A stretch of 60,696 bases of DNA, taken from contig CANQQQ010000004.1 in assembly GCA_947626025.1 (NCBI GenBank), positions 1 to 60,696 on the forward strand. The letters run 5' to 3'. Below, in pieces: positions 21,580 through 31,271 of this stretch. The stretch's first letter is position 1. Each line of letters opens with the position of its first letter. This stretch comes from an uncultured Clostridia bacterium. GTDB taxonomy: Bacteria; Bacillota; Clostridia; TANB77; CAG-508. A program made the translations under genes and the position numbers. Under the pieces are notes generated by a model. It was not told where the DNA came from, made no database searches, and saw only the letters and a program-made list of their open reading frames with translations.

Positions 21580-22488
21580 ATGTTAAGACATGTATTAAGT
21601 GCAGGACAATATACAAGAGAAAGTTTAGATGAATTATTTGATTTAGCAAGTAAGATAAAAGCTAATCCAACAAAGTATTCAAAATCTATTGAAGGAAATG
21701 TTGTTGCAACTATGTTCTATGAACCAAGCACAAGGACAAGACTTTCTTTCGAAACAGCAGTATTAAGATTAGGTGGACAAGTTATTTCAACAGAAAATGC
21801 CTCAGCTAACTCTTCAGTAAAAAAAGGAGAAACTTTAAAAGATACAGTAAGAGTATTACAAAATTATGCTGATGCTATTGTTATTAGACATAGTGACGTA
21901 AATTCTGCTACAGATGCTGCAAGTGTTGCAACAGTTCCAATACTAAACGCTGGAAGTGGAAAAGGAGAACATCCAACTCAAGCATTATTAGATATGTATA
22001 CAATAAGAGATAAAAGAGGAAAAATAGATGGAGTTAAAGTAGCAATTTTAGGAGACTTAATGTACGGAAGAACAATACATTCATTAATAAAATTATTGGC
22101 TTTATATGATAATGTTGAAATCTACGGCTTAAGTAAAAAGGAATTTATGCTACCACAGGAGTATATTGATTTCTTAAAAGAGAGAAATATAAATTACAAA
22201 ATATGCAATAGCTTTGATGAGCTTCCAAAAGATATTGATGTTATGTATCATACAAGGATACAACAAGAAAGATTTGAAGGAGATTTTGGAAAAGAAGAAT
22301 ATATAATAAACAAAGAAGTATTAAGTAAATTTTCAGAAAATACAATGGTACTTCATCCATTACCACGAACTGGGGAAATTTCAGAAGATATAGATGATGA
22401 TCCTAGAGCTTTATACTTTGAACAAGCTGGTAACGGATTATACATACGTATGGCATTATTATTACAAGCTTTAAACAAAGATAAATAG
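21580..22488 (+). CDS. pyrB: Aspartate carbamoyltransferase
   Basis: FYEPSTRTRLSFE, HPTQALLD, HPLPR. Confidence 0.96.
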   Translation: MLRHVLSAGQYTRESLDELFDLASKIKANPTKYSKSIEGNVVATMFYEPSTRTRLSFETAVLRLGGQVISTENASANSSVKKGETLKDTVRVLQNYADAIVIRHSDVNSATDAASVATVPILNAGSGKGEHPTQALLDMYTIRDKRGKIDGVKVAILGDLMYGRTIHSLIKLLALYDNVEIYGLSKKEFMLPQEYIDFLKERNINYKICNSFDELPKDIDVMYHTRIQQERFEGDFGKEEYIINKEVLSKFSENTMVLHPLPRTGEISEDIDDDPRALYFEQAGNGLYIRMALLLQALNKDK

Positions 22489-22506
22489 CTTATTCTATAA
22501 CAATAA

Positions 22507-22532
22507 AAGGGCGGTCAAAGACCGCTTCGTTT
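22507..22532 (+). terminator. Intrinsic terminator after pyrB
   Basis: GGGCGGTC-aaa-GACCGCTT then T-rich tail. Confidence 0.7.
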
Positions 22533-22557
22533 ATATTCATTAGATGTTCATATTGTA

Positions 22558-22586
22558 TTGACATATACAAACCAATGTTCTATAAT
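22558..22586 (+). promoter_or_regulatory. Sigma-A promoter of dinB containing a LexA (Cheo) box
   Basis: TTGACA-17-TATAAT; spacer contains AAAC-CAAT-GTTC (22569-22580), one mismatch to GAAC-N4-GTTC. Confidence 0.8.
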
Positions 22587-22607
22587 ATACGTGGATGGTG
22601 ATTTGGT

Positions 22608-23822
22608 ATGAGAGAAAGACAAATACTTCACGTTGATGTAAATAATGCTTTCTTGTCATGGACTGCTATTGAAAGATTAAAAGAAGGAGAAACTTTAGAT
22701 ATTAGAGAAATACCTGCTGTAATTGGAGGAAATGAAGAAATGAGATCTGGCATCGTACTTGCAAAAAGTATGAAAGCTAAATCATGTGGAGTAGTTACAG
22801 GAGAAACTTTATATCAAGCCAGAAAAAAATGTAATAATTTACAGGTATATCCTTCTAACTACAAAATTTACAAAAAATATTCAAATGATTTATATAATTT
22901 ATTATTAGAATATACTGATAAGATAGAAAGATTTAGCATAGATGAATGTTTTTTAGATATGACCGAATATCTTGCAGGTTCAACATTATTATATAAAGCA
23001 AAAGAAATAAATAAAAGAGTAGAAAAAGAGCTTGGCTTTACTGTAAATGTTGGAGTTGCTCATAATAAGCTTCTTGCAAAAATGGCATCAGATTTCGAAA
23101 AGCCTAATAAGGTACATACATTATATGAGAATGAGATACCTCAAAAAATGTGGAATTTACCTATAAGCGAACTATTTATGCTAGGTAGAAAAACCGTCCC
23201 AAAGTTATATAATATTGGCATAAAAAGTATAGGGGATTTAGCCAAATTTGATGAGAAAATATTAATAAAAAAATTTGGAAAGCACGGAAAATTAATGTGG
23301 GAATATGCTAATGGAATAGATAATTCAGAAGTACAGTATGAACCAGAAGAACCAAAGTCAATAGGAAACTCTATAACTTTACCAACTGATATATTTGGAT
23401 TGGATAAAATAGATGAAATCGTACTAGCCTTAACAGAGCAAGTTACATATAGATTAAGAAAGTATGATTTATTGGCTAATGTAGTTAGTGTTCAACTAAG
23501 AACAAAAGATTTTAAAGATTATTCTCACCAAAGGAAATTAATATCTCCAACAAGTAGTACAAGAGAAATATATGATGTTGCAAGAGAAATAACACATGAA
23601 ATGTATAAAGGGGATTTTATTAGATTAATTGGAGTTAGAACAGACGATTTATGTGATAAAAATCAAATTCAATTATCACTATTTGATAATAGTAATTCTA
23701 AAAAGCAGGAAAGAATTGATAAATCAATAGATTTTTTAAAAGAAAAATACGGCTATAGTAAAATCACTAGAGGTACAGTCATGAATGTGGAAAATATAGT
23801 AAAGCCTAAAAGAAAAGAATAA
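22608..23822 (+). CDS. dinB: DNA polymerase IV
   Basis: HVDVNNAF, SIDECFLD, AKMASDFEKP; SOS box upstream. Confidence 0.93.
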   Translation: MRERQILHVDVNNAFLSWTAIERLKEGETLDIREIPAVIGGNEEMRSGIVLAKSMKAKSCGVVTGETLYQARKKCNNLQVYPSNYKIYKKYSNDLYNLLLEYTDKIERFSIDECFLDMTEYLAGSTLLYKAKEINKRVEKELGFTVNVGVAHNKLLAKMASDFEKPNKVHTLYENEIPQKMWNLPISELFMLGRKTVPKLYNIGIKSIGDLAKFDEKILIKKFGKHGKLMWEYANGIDNSEVQYEPEEPKSIGNSITLPTDIFGLDKIDEIVLALTEQVTYRLRKYDLLANVVSVQLRTKDFKDYSHQRKLISPTSSTREIYDVAREITHEMYKGDFIRLIGVRTDDLCDKNQIQLSLFDNSNSKKQERIDKSIDFLKEKYGYSKITRGTVMNVENIVKPKRKE

Positions 23823-23834
23823 AGGGAGTATAAA

Positions 23835-24500
23835 ATGAATAAAATAAAAATTATTATGATAATATTAGTAATTATAATAGCCTTATCAATAATTACTTTA
23901 GTAATTATAAATGAATATGTTAAAAACTCCACAAAGTCAAATATAATTGAAGATGAAAATTTGGGTGATATGGAAACAATTTTAATTTTAGGATGCAGAG
24001 TAATGCCAAATGGAGAATTAAGCTATATGCTTAAAGATCGACTAGATAAAGGAATTGAACTATATAGAAATAATATTGCGCCAAAAATAATTGTTTCTGG
24101 AGATAATGGACAAATACAGTATGATGAAGTAAATCCAATGAAAAACTATTTAATTAACAATGGAATACCAAGTGAAGATATTTTTATGGATCATGCAGGA
24201 TTTTCAACTTATGATAGTGTATATCGTGCTAAGGAGATTTTTGGTATAAGTAAAATGGTAATAGTAACACAAAAATATCATTTATATAGAGCCTTATATA
24301 TTGCTAAAAGCTTGCAGATTGAAGCATATGGAGTTCCTGCTGAGGATATAAAATATTATGGACAATTTAGTAGAGATATAAGAGAATTTCTTGCAAGAAA
24401 TAAGGAATTTATTAAATGTATTATTAAACCAAAACCTAAATATCTCGGCGAAAAAATATCGATAAATGGTGATGGGAATATAACTAATGATAAAAAATAA
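23835..24500 (+). CDS. SanA/DUF218 (ElyC-like) envelope protein
   Basis: DRLDKG, VSGDN, DHAGFSTYDS, TQKYHLYRA. Confidence 0.85.
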   Translation: MNKIKIIMIILVIIIALSIITLVIINEYVKNSTKSNIIEDENLGDMETILILGCRVMPNGELSYMLKDRLDKGIELYRNNIAPKIIVSGDNGQIQYDEVNPMKNYLINNGIPSEDIFMDHAGFSTYDSVYRAKEIFGISKMVIVTQKYHLYRALYIAKSLQIEAYGVPAEDIKYYGQFSRDIREFLARNKEFIKCIIKPKPKYLGEKISINGDGNITNDKK

Positions 24501-24540
24501 TTATTTAGTTAATTAAAGATATATAATTAATGATTTACAG

Positions 24541-24572
24541 AAAAGCACTGAGATTATTTAAAGTGCTTTTTT
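24541..24572 (+). terminator. Intrinsic terminator
   Basis: AAAAGCACT...AGTGCTTTTTT. Confidence 0.65.
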
Positions 24573-24699
24573 GCTTTCTAAATACCTTCTTATATTAGTA
24601 CATATATAGCAATCATAAAATTATCGAAAAACAATAAAAATATATTGACTTTCAAAAAATAGTATGATATATAGTAGGAAAAGAAAGGAGAAATTTTAA

Positions 24700-25164
24700 A
24701 TGAATATTTTAGGTAAAAATGGAATAGGAAGTATATTAAAAATAATACTTCAAATAGCTTTTATAGGAGGTATTGTTATTCTTGTATTACTACCTATAGT
24801 ATCAATAGTAATAAAAAAACCCTTAGGTGCATTTGTATACATATTGTATCCAAATGGGATTGCAATGTTAGTAATAGTTAAACAATTTATAGGTTTGTTT
24901 GATTCATTGAAGGAGAATAAGCCATTTTGTGATAATACTGTAACAAAATTACGAGTTGCAGGAATTTCATCACTAGTTATTTCAATACTATTTATATTTC
25001 AGACTATTTATGAAATGTTTTTGGCAAAAGCAGAAATAGTATTTGTACTCATATTGGGATTTATGTTTATACTATTTTTTGGTGTTGCAATAGCTTTATA
25101 CATACTATCAGAGTTATTTAGGCAAGCAACCAATTATAAAGAGGAAAATGATTTGACTATATAG
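24700..25164 (+). CDS. DUF2975 membrane protein
   Basis: 4 TM segments; characteristic C-terminus EENDLTI; precedes a YozG-like HTH. Confidence 0.85.
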   Translation: MNILGKNGIGSILKIILQIAFIGGIVILVLLPIVSIVIKKPLGAFVYILYPNGIAMLVIVKQFIGLFDSLKENKPFCDNTVTKLRVAGISSLVISILFIFQTIYEMFLAKAEIVFVLILGFMFILFFGVAIALYILSELFRQATNYKEENDLTI

Positions 25165-25180
25165 AAAAGGAGAGGAGAAT

Positions 25181-25384
25181 ATGTCAATAATAGTTAATTT
25201 AGATGTAATGCTAGCTAAAAGAAAAATGTCATCTCAAGAATTAGCCGAAAAAGTAGGAATTACTCAAGCTAATCTTTCAATTTTAAAAACTAATAAGGCT
25301 AAGGCAATCCGCTTCTCAACTTTAAATAAAATTTGCGAGGTCTTAGATTGTAAACCGGCAGACATTTTGGATTATATAAAATAA
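25181..25384 (+). CDS. Cro/C1-type HTH regulator (YozG family)
   Basis: LDVMLAKRKM..ELAEKVGITQANLSILK..AKAIRFSTL..IC. Confidence 0.9.
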   Translation: MSIIVNLDVMLAKRKMSSQELAEKVGITQANLSILKTNKAKAIRFSTLNKICEVLDCKPADILDYIK

Positions 25385-25403
25385 AATTAGGAGGAAAATA
25401 GAA

Positions 25404-27494
25404 ATGGAGATAATAGGTAGCTTAATAATAGCAATATGCCAATCAATTTTATTCTATGGAAAACAAATTGGAATATCAATGATTATATTTACACTTATAT
25501 CAACAGGAATAATTTGGCTAATTCTATATAAGAAAAATAAAGTGGTAAATAAAAAAGCAATACTATTTATGATACCAATAATTTTATTAAGTAGTACATA
25601 TTTTATTTTTGCAAATAGAATGTTTTATTTTTTAAATCTGTTAGCAATAGCTGCTTTGACAATTCTAATGTTTATAATTGCAACAAATAAAAAGAATTAT
25701 TTTAAGGAATATATATATAATTCTTTAAAAGTAATATCTAGAACTATGAATAAAATCGTTTTTTCAGTAAAGCTAACTAATAGAACTGTAAAGAAAACTG
25801 CAATAAAAATGAAAGGAAAATCAAATATAGATAAAGAATTAGTAAAGAAAGTAATCAGCTCTTTATTCATTGTAATGATTGTAGTAGGTATAATTATTGC
25901 ATTACTAGCTTCAGCAGATAGCATATTTGCAGGAATATTTACTAACTTTGGTAATCTATTCACTAATATTAAAATAGTGAATATGAATAATTTTATTTTT
26001 AGACTTTTGATAGTTGTTGCTGTATATTTTTTAACATTAAGTCTAATATTAGCATTTCAAAAGAAAGAAGTTATAAATTCGAGTAAAAACAAAGCCATCA
26101 GCCAAGACAAATTCACTGTAAAAATGTTATTAATAGTTCTAAATATAGTATATTTAGTATTTTGCTATATTCAAATTAATTCATTGTTTATAAAAATGAA
26201 TTCAGCTGGAACATTTAACTATGCGGAATATGCAAGAAGTGGATTTTTCCAACTAATGATAGTATCTTTTATAAACTTTATATTAATATTAATCTCAAAT
26301 AGAAACAATGAAGCTAGAGATAGGTTACTAAAAATATTAAATTTATTTTTGATTTTATTTACGATCATTATTGTATTATCTTCAATGTACAGAATGTATA
26401 TGTATGAAACAGAATATGGTTTTACTTATTTGAGAGTGTTTGTATATATTATATTAGCCACAGAATTACTTGTATTTATACCAACAATAATATATGTTTT
26501 TAATGCTAAATTTGATTTACTAAAATGGGGGACATTAATAGGTATATGTGTTTATGTTAGTATTAATTTTATGAATTTAGAAAACATTATAATAGACAAA
26601 AATCTAAAAAGAGAAAGTTCAAAAGTAGATATAGATTACGATTACATATGTCAAATTGCAAGCGCAGATAGCTATGATAATTTAGAAGATTTGGAAAGTA
26701 ATATATTAACTAAAACAGGCATAAATTTAGATAACTTAAAACCTTTAAATGATAATACCAAAATAGATATAGATTTGTATGAGGCTCTTATTGATATATT
26801 AGATTCTAAAATCAGGATTTTAAGTGAAGTAAAAGAACTACATTGGCAAGAATTTAATATATCACAGTATAAGATAATTAAAAAGTATGACGATATTCCT
26901 AATGAAATATCAAAGCTAAATTTAATTATTATTAAATTGGATAGTTCTATAAACAGCTTAAGCCAAACGGAAAATACAACTACAACAAAGAATTGTATAT
27001 ATGATGAAATGGTAAATTATACAGAGGGCTATGTAGTTTATCAAGTAGATCATGTAATGGGCGATGCTGTATGGCAAATTGAGAAAACAACAGATGCAGG
27101 AGAAAATTATAGTTTAATATCACAAATTGAAGTTACGACTCCAAGTAAAATAGAATTCTTTGAAAATGGTTTAGGTTTTTTAATGTTACCAGATAATATT
27201 TATTGCGGGAAAGCAGATTTATTGATTACAAATGATTCAGGAAAAACATTCAAAAAGATTGAATTTCCAAAAGGAGAATTTAGTTTATCAGATCCTGAAG
27301 GAAAAGAATGGAATGAATGTTATGATTATTTCACTTTGCCAACTCGAGAATCAAATGGAGAATTAGTAGTATTGTGTTCAGGAGGATATGATGGCGGTTA
27401 TAATAATGGAAAAACTAGAGCAAAATATGTTTCAAAAGATAATGGTAGAACGTGGAATTTTGTAAGTGAAGTATTAAAACAAGAAGGGCTATAA
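25404..27494 (+). CDS. DUF4153/DUF4173-type membrane protein with an added C-terminal Asp-box (BNR) domain
   Basis: LLASADSIF, YAEYARSGFFQL, YGFTYLR; tail with TTDAGENY, TNDSGKTF, SKDNGRTW. Confidence 0.75.
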   Translation: MEIIGSLIIAICQSILFYGKQIGISMIIFTLISTGIIWLILYKKNKVVNKKAILFMIPIILLSSTYFIFANRMFYFLNLLAIAALTILMFIIATNKKNYFKEYIYNSLKVISRTMNKIVFSVKLTNRTVKKTAIKMKGKSNIDKELVKKVISSLFIVMIVVGIIIALLASADSIFAGIFTNFGNLFTNIKIVNMNNFIFRLLIVVAVYFLTLSLILAFQKKEVINSSKNKAISQDKFTVKMLLIVLNIVYLVFCYIQINSLFIKMNSAGTFNYAEYARSGFFQLMIVSFINFILILISNRNNEARDRLLKILNLFLILFTIIIVLSSMYRMYMYETEYGFTYLRVFVYIILATELLVFIPTIIYVFNAKFDLLKWGTLIGICVYVSINFMNLENIIIDKNLKRESSKVDIDYDYICQIASADSYDNLEDLESNILTKTGINLDNLKPLNDNTKIDIDLYEALIDILDSKIRILSEVKELHWQEFNISQYKIIKKYDDIPNEISKLNLIIIKLDSSINSLSQTENTTTTKNCIYDEMVNYTEGYVVYQVDHVMGDAVWQIEKTTDAGENYSLISQIEVTTPSKIEFFENGLGFLMLPDNIYCGKADLLITNDSGKTFKKIEFPKGEFSLSDPEGKEWNECYDYFTLPTRESNGELVVLCSGGYDGGYNNGKTRAKYVSKDNGRTWNFVSEVLKQEGL

Positions 27495-27505
27495 ATGCCC
27501 TTCTT
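27481..27505. terminator. Bidirectional hairpin between convergent genes
   Basis: AAGAAGGGC-tataaat-GCCCTTCTT. Confidence 0.7.
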
Positions 27506-27510
27506 AGATA

Positions 27511-28818
27511 TTAAATATTCTTATTTTGTTCTAAATTTTTACATGCTTTAACTTTTAAAATCCTTTTGTCTTTAAATTTTTCCACCTTAAATGTGATTTT
27601 GTCTGTTTCTATAACAGGCTTTTCTTTTTCATTAGGTATTCTACCCAATTCTTCTATTAAATAGCCTGAAAGTGTATCATATTCTCCTTCCGGTATTTTT
27701 GTATCTAGTATTTTCTCCGCTTCATATAAAGCTATACTACCATCCAATATAAAAGTATTATCATCTATTTGTTCATATTTTTCTTTTATTTCATCATATT
27801 CATCATATATTTCTCCAACAATTTCCTCTAATATATCTTCCATAGTTACAATACCTGAAGTACCACCGTATTCATCTATAACAATTGCAATTTGCTTTTT
27901 ATTTTTACGCAATTCTGCAAACAATTCATTAACAAGTTTTGACTCTGGAACATAATATGCAGGTTTAACTAAACCTTTTATTTTTGTATTTTTATTCTTT
28001 TGAGATAAAAGAATATCTTTTACATATACAATTCCCTTAATTTCGTCGATTGTTTCGTCATATACAGGGATTTTACTATATCTATAGTCTTCTGATAACT
28101 CTTCTATAACGTCAGAAATAGAGGAGTTAATATCTACAGCAAAGATTTCTTTTCTAGGAACCATTATTTCAGAAACAACTTTATCATCAAATTCAAAAAC
28201 ATTATTAATCATTTCTCTTTCTTCTTTATCAATTGTACCTTTTTCTTCACCAACATCTACCATCATTCTAATTTCTTCTTCAGTAACGGTTTCCTCATCA
28301 TCTCCAGATACACCAAAAAGTTTTGAAACAATATTCGTAGAGAATGTAAGAAACTTTACAAAAGGAGAAGTAATTAATGAAAGTGCCTTTATTATACCAA
28401 TAGTTGCAAAAGTAATCTTTTCATAATTTCTCATAGCAATTCTCTTAGGAACTAATTCACCAAAAATTAGTGTAATATAAGATAAAATTATAGTTATAAT
28501 TATAATAGAAATATTAGTCCAAGCAGTAATACCAACCATAGGAAAGAGATTGTTTAATGCTGGTGCTAATCGTGTTGCAAAAGATTCTGAAGCAAAAGCA
28601 CTTGATAAGAATCCTGCTAAAGTTATTCCTATTTGTATTGTAGCTAAAAAGCTACTTGGATTTTTTAACATAGCTTGAATACTCTGAGCTTTTTTATTAC
28701 CTTCTTTTGCAAGTTTTTCCACTTTTGCATCATTTAATGAAATAAAAGCCATTTCAGATGCGGCAAAAAATGCGTTTAATAGTATTAATATTAATAAAAC
28801 TAATAGTTGTAATAACAT
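27511..28818 (-). CDS. Hemolysin/CorC-family (CNNM) transporter with DUF21, CBS pair and CorC_HlyC domains
   Basis: NAFFAASEMA, FGELVPKR, IDEYGGTSGIVTMEDILEEIVGEI. Confidence 0.92.
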   Translation of the reverse strand: MLLQLLVLLILILLNAFFAASEMAFISLNDAKVEKLAKEGNKKAQSIQAMLKNPSSFLATIQIGITLAGFLSSAFASESFATRLAPALNNLFPMVGITAWTNISIIIITIILSYITLIFGELVPKRIAMRNYEKITFATIGIIKALSLITSPFVKFLTFSTNIVSKLFGVSGDDEETVTEEEIRMMVDVGEEKGTIDKEEREMINNVFEFDDKVVSEIMVPRKEIFAVDINSSISDVIEELSEDYRYSKIPVYDETIDEIKGIVYVKDILLSQKNKNTKIKGLVKPAYYVPESKLVNELFAELRKNKKQIAIVIDEYGGTSGIVTMEDILEEIVGEIYDEYDEIKEKYEQIDDNTFILDGSIALYEAEKILDTKIPEGEYDTLSGYLIEELGRIPNEKEKPVIETDKITFKVEKFKDKRILKVKACKNLEQNKNI

Positions 28819-28984
28819 TTTATTTTCTCCTTCATAATATAATTTTTCCTATTATAATACTTTTTATTATAAAATTTTTAAATCTTATCTGTAATATAAC
28901 ATTACTATATATTATTGTCAAATTTAAAATTGAATAATTGGTTAATATATGCTAAAATAAATAATATTGATTTAAAAGGAGAAA

Positions 28985-29899
28985 ATGATGTCAGATAAAA
29001 TACCAGATTTCTTATTGCAAAAATTAATAAAACAGTATGGGGAAGAAATAACTAGCCAAATCATAGCAGGATATTCTACAAAAAGAAAAGTAACTTTAAG
29101 AATTAATACTTTAAAAACAGAGGTAGATAAAATAAAAGAAATATTAGAAAATTCAAATATTAAATTTAAAGAAGTTAGTTGGAGTAAGGAAGCTTTAATA
29201 ATTGAAAATATTGATGAATACCAAATACAAAAACTTCCTATATATACAAATGGAGAAATATATTTACAAAGCTTATCTTCTATGTTACCAGCAATTATAC
29301 TGAATCCGCAAGCAGGCGAAAATATATTAGATATGACTGCAGCACCAGGTGGAAAAACTACCCAAATATGTGCTTTAACTGAAAATAAAGTATTGATAAC
29401 TGCTTGTGAGAAGAACAAAATAAGAGCAGAAAGATTAAAATATAATATTGATAAACAAGGAGCAAATGGGATAAATATTTTAACAGAAGATGCAAGAAAT
29501 CTTGATAGTTATTTTTCTTTTGATAGGATTTTATTAGATGCACCATGCAGTGGAAGTGGAACAATTAATATTGAAGATAAAAAATTAGAAAAAGTATTTA
29601 CAGAAGAATTAATAAATAGATCTGCAAAAGCACAATATGAATTATTAAGGAAGGCAGTTACAATATTGAAATCAGGGCATGAAATGGTGTATTCTACTTG
29701 TTCTATATTAGAGGAAGAAAATGAAAAAAATATTGAAAAGATACTAAAAAATTCAAATGTAGAATTAGTACCAATAGATGAGAAAACTTTTAGTAGCGTA
29801 AAGCTATTACCAACTAAATTAAGGGGAACTATAGTAATAGCTCCGTCGGAGCTATATGAAGGATTTTTCGTTTGCAAATTAAAAAAAATAAATAATTAA
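28985..29899 (+). CDS. RsmB/RsmF/NOP2-family RNA m5C methyltransferase
   Basis: LDMTAAPGGKT, ILLDAPCSGSG, VYSTCS, GFF. Confidence 0.9.
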   Translation: MMSDKIPDFLLQKLIKQYGEEITSQIIAGYSTKRKVTLRINTLKTEVDKIKEILENSNIKFKEVSWSKEALIIENIDEYQIQKLPIYTNGEIYLQSLSSMLPAIILNPQAGENILDMTAAPGGKTTQICALTENKVLITACEKNKIRAERLKYNIDKQGANGINILTEDARNLDSYFSFDRILLDAPCSGSGTINIEDKKLEKVFTEELINRSAKAQYELLRKAVTILKSGHEMVYSTCSILEEENEKNIEKILKNSNVELVPIDEKTFSSVKLLPTKLRGTIVIAPSELYEGFFVCKLKKINN

Positions 29900-29980
29900 G
29901 AAAAGTGGATTTGACACATTTAAATGAAGAAGGTTATGCTTATGCATTACTTTCTTTTATTTTCTGGGGGAAATATGGAT

Positions 29981-30032
29981 GTTAGCCTTGACAAACATTT
30001 CACAATGTAATATAATGTTAACTTGAGTTAAC
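29981..30032 (+). promoter_or_regulatory. Sigma-A promoter of the suf operon with DtxR/SloR-like operator(s)
   Basis: TTGACA(29988)-17-TATAAT(30011); palindrome GTTAAC-TTGA-GTTAAC at 30017-30032 and related GTTAGC-CTTG-ACAAAC over the -35. Confidence 0.7.
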
Positions 30033-30048
30033 TTGAAAGGAGAACTAA

Positions 30049-30504
30049 ATGGTTTCAAAAGCATCGGAAGAATATTTAAAAAATATGTATATACTAAAAA
30101 AACAAAACGGAAATATAAGAGTTACAGACATAGCAAATAAAATGAATTGTTCTAAGGCTAGTGTAAATAAAGCAATATATAATTTAAAAGATGAAGGAAT
30201 GCTAAACTATGAATCCTATGGAACAATAGAATTAACTTTGGAAGGTGAAAATTTAGCAAAAAAAATATTAGAAACATATGACATTGTTTATTTATTTTTT
30301 AAGGATGTACTCAATTTAGAAGAAAAAGAAGCATCTGAGGAAGCAGAAAGAATTAAATTAGCAATAAATGATAATACTATAAATAAACTAGCAAAATATG
30401 TACATAAAGTTTTAGACTTAAATAATTTAGATTGCAATTATGATGTAAATAAAGAAAGATGCAGAGTTTGTGCGAAGAGATCTAGTGCAAAGAAAGAAGG
30501 ATAA
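30049..30504 (+). CDS. DtxR/MntR-family metal-dependent regulator with Cys-rich tail
   Basis: SEEYLKNMY..RVTDIA..SKASV..LKDEG..LT.EG..LA; tail DCNYDVNKERCRVC. Confidence 0.85.
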   Translation: MVSKASEEYLKNMYILKKQNGNIRVTDIANKMNCSKASVNKAIYNLKDEGMLNYESYGTIELTLEGENLAKKILETYDIVYLFFKDVLNLEEKEASEEAERIKLAINDNTINKLAKYVHKVLDLNNLDCNYDVNKERCRVCAKRSSAKKEG

Positions 30505-30508
30505 TAAT

Positions 30509-31246
30509 ATGAGTGAAAGTTTATTGGAAATAAAAGACTTATATGTAAATGCTGAAGATAAGGAAATATTAAAAGGAATTAATTTAAAAATTAATAAAGG
30601 TGAAATACATGTCATAATGGGACCAAATGGTTCAGGTAAAACTACAACAGCAAATGCAATATTAAATAACCCAGCATATACCAAAACAAATGGTACAATA
30701 TTATTTGATAATGAGGATATAAGTAATTTAAAGACTGATGAAATTGCAAGAAAAGGTGTATTTATGTCTTTTCAATTACCAGAAGAAATACCTGGAGTAT
30801 CTGTTACCAATTTCTTAAAATATGCTAAAAATAAGATTACAGGAACACCTATAAAAGTATTTCAATTTAAGGATGAACTAAAACATTACATGGAAGAATT
30901 AAACATGGATCCTAATAATATGGAAAGAAGCTTAAATGTAGGATTTTCTGGTGGAGAAAAAAAGAAAAATGAGATCTTACAAATGCTTGTATTAAATCCA
31001 AAACTTGCTATTCTTGATGAAACAGATTCAGGATTGGATGTAGATGCAATAAAAACAGTGTCAAAAGGAATTGAAATGTTTAAGAATGACAATAATGCAG
31101 TACTTATTATTACTCACAATACAAAAATACTTCATAGCTTAAAAGTTGATTATGTACATGTTTTGGTTAATGGGAAAATAGTAACTACAGGAAATCAAGA
31201 ATTAGCAAAACAAATTGAAGATAATGGATATGCACAATATAAATAG
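30509..31246 (+). CDS. sufC: Fe-S assembly ATPase
   Basis: MGPNGSGK, NVGFSGGEKKKNEILQ, LDETDSGLD; start placed at ATG 30509. Confidence 0.95.
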   Translation: MSESLLEIKDLYVNAEDKEILKGINLKINKGEIHVIMGPNGSGKTTTANAILNNPAYTKTNGTILFDNEDISNLKTDEIARKGVFMSFQLPEEIPGVSVTNFLKYAKNKITGTPIKVFQFKDELKHYMEELNMDPNNMERSLNVGFSGGEKKKNEILQMLVLNPKLAILDETDSGLDVDAIKTVSKGIEMFKNDNNAVLIITHNTKILHSLKVDYVHVLVNGKIVTTGNQELAKQIEDNGYAQYK

Positions 31247-31271
31247 CATGCAAAAATTACTTTGAAAGGAA

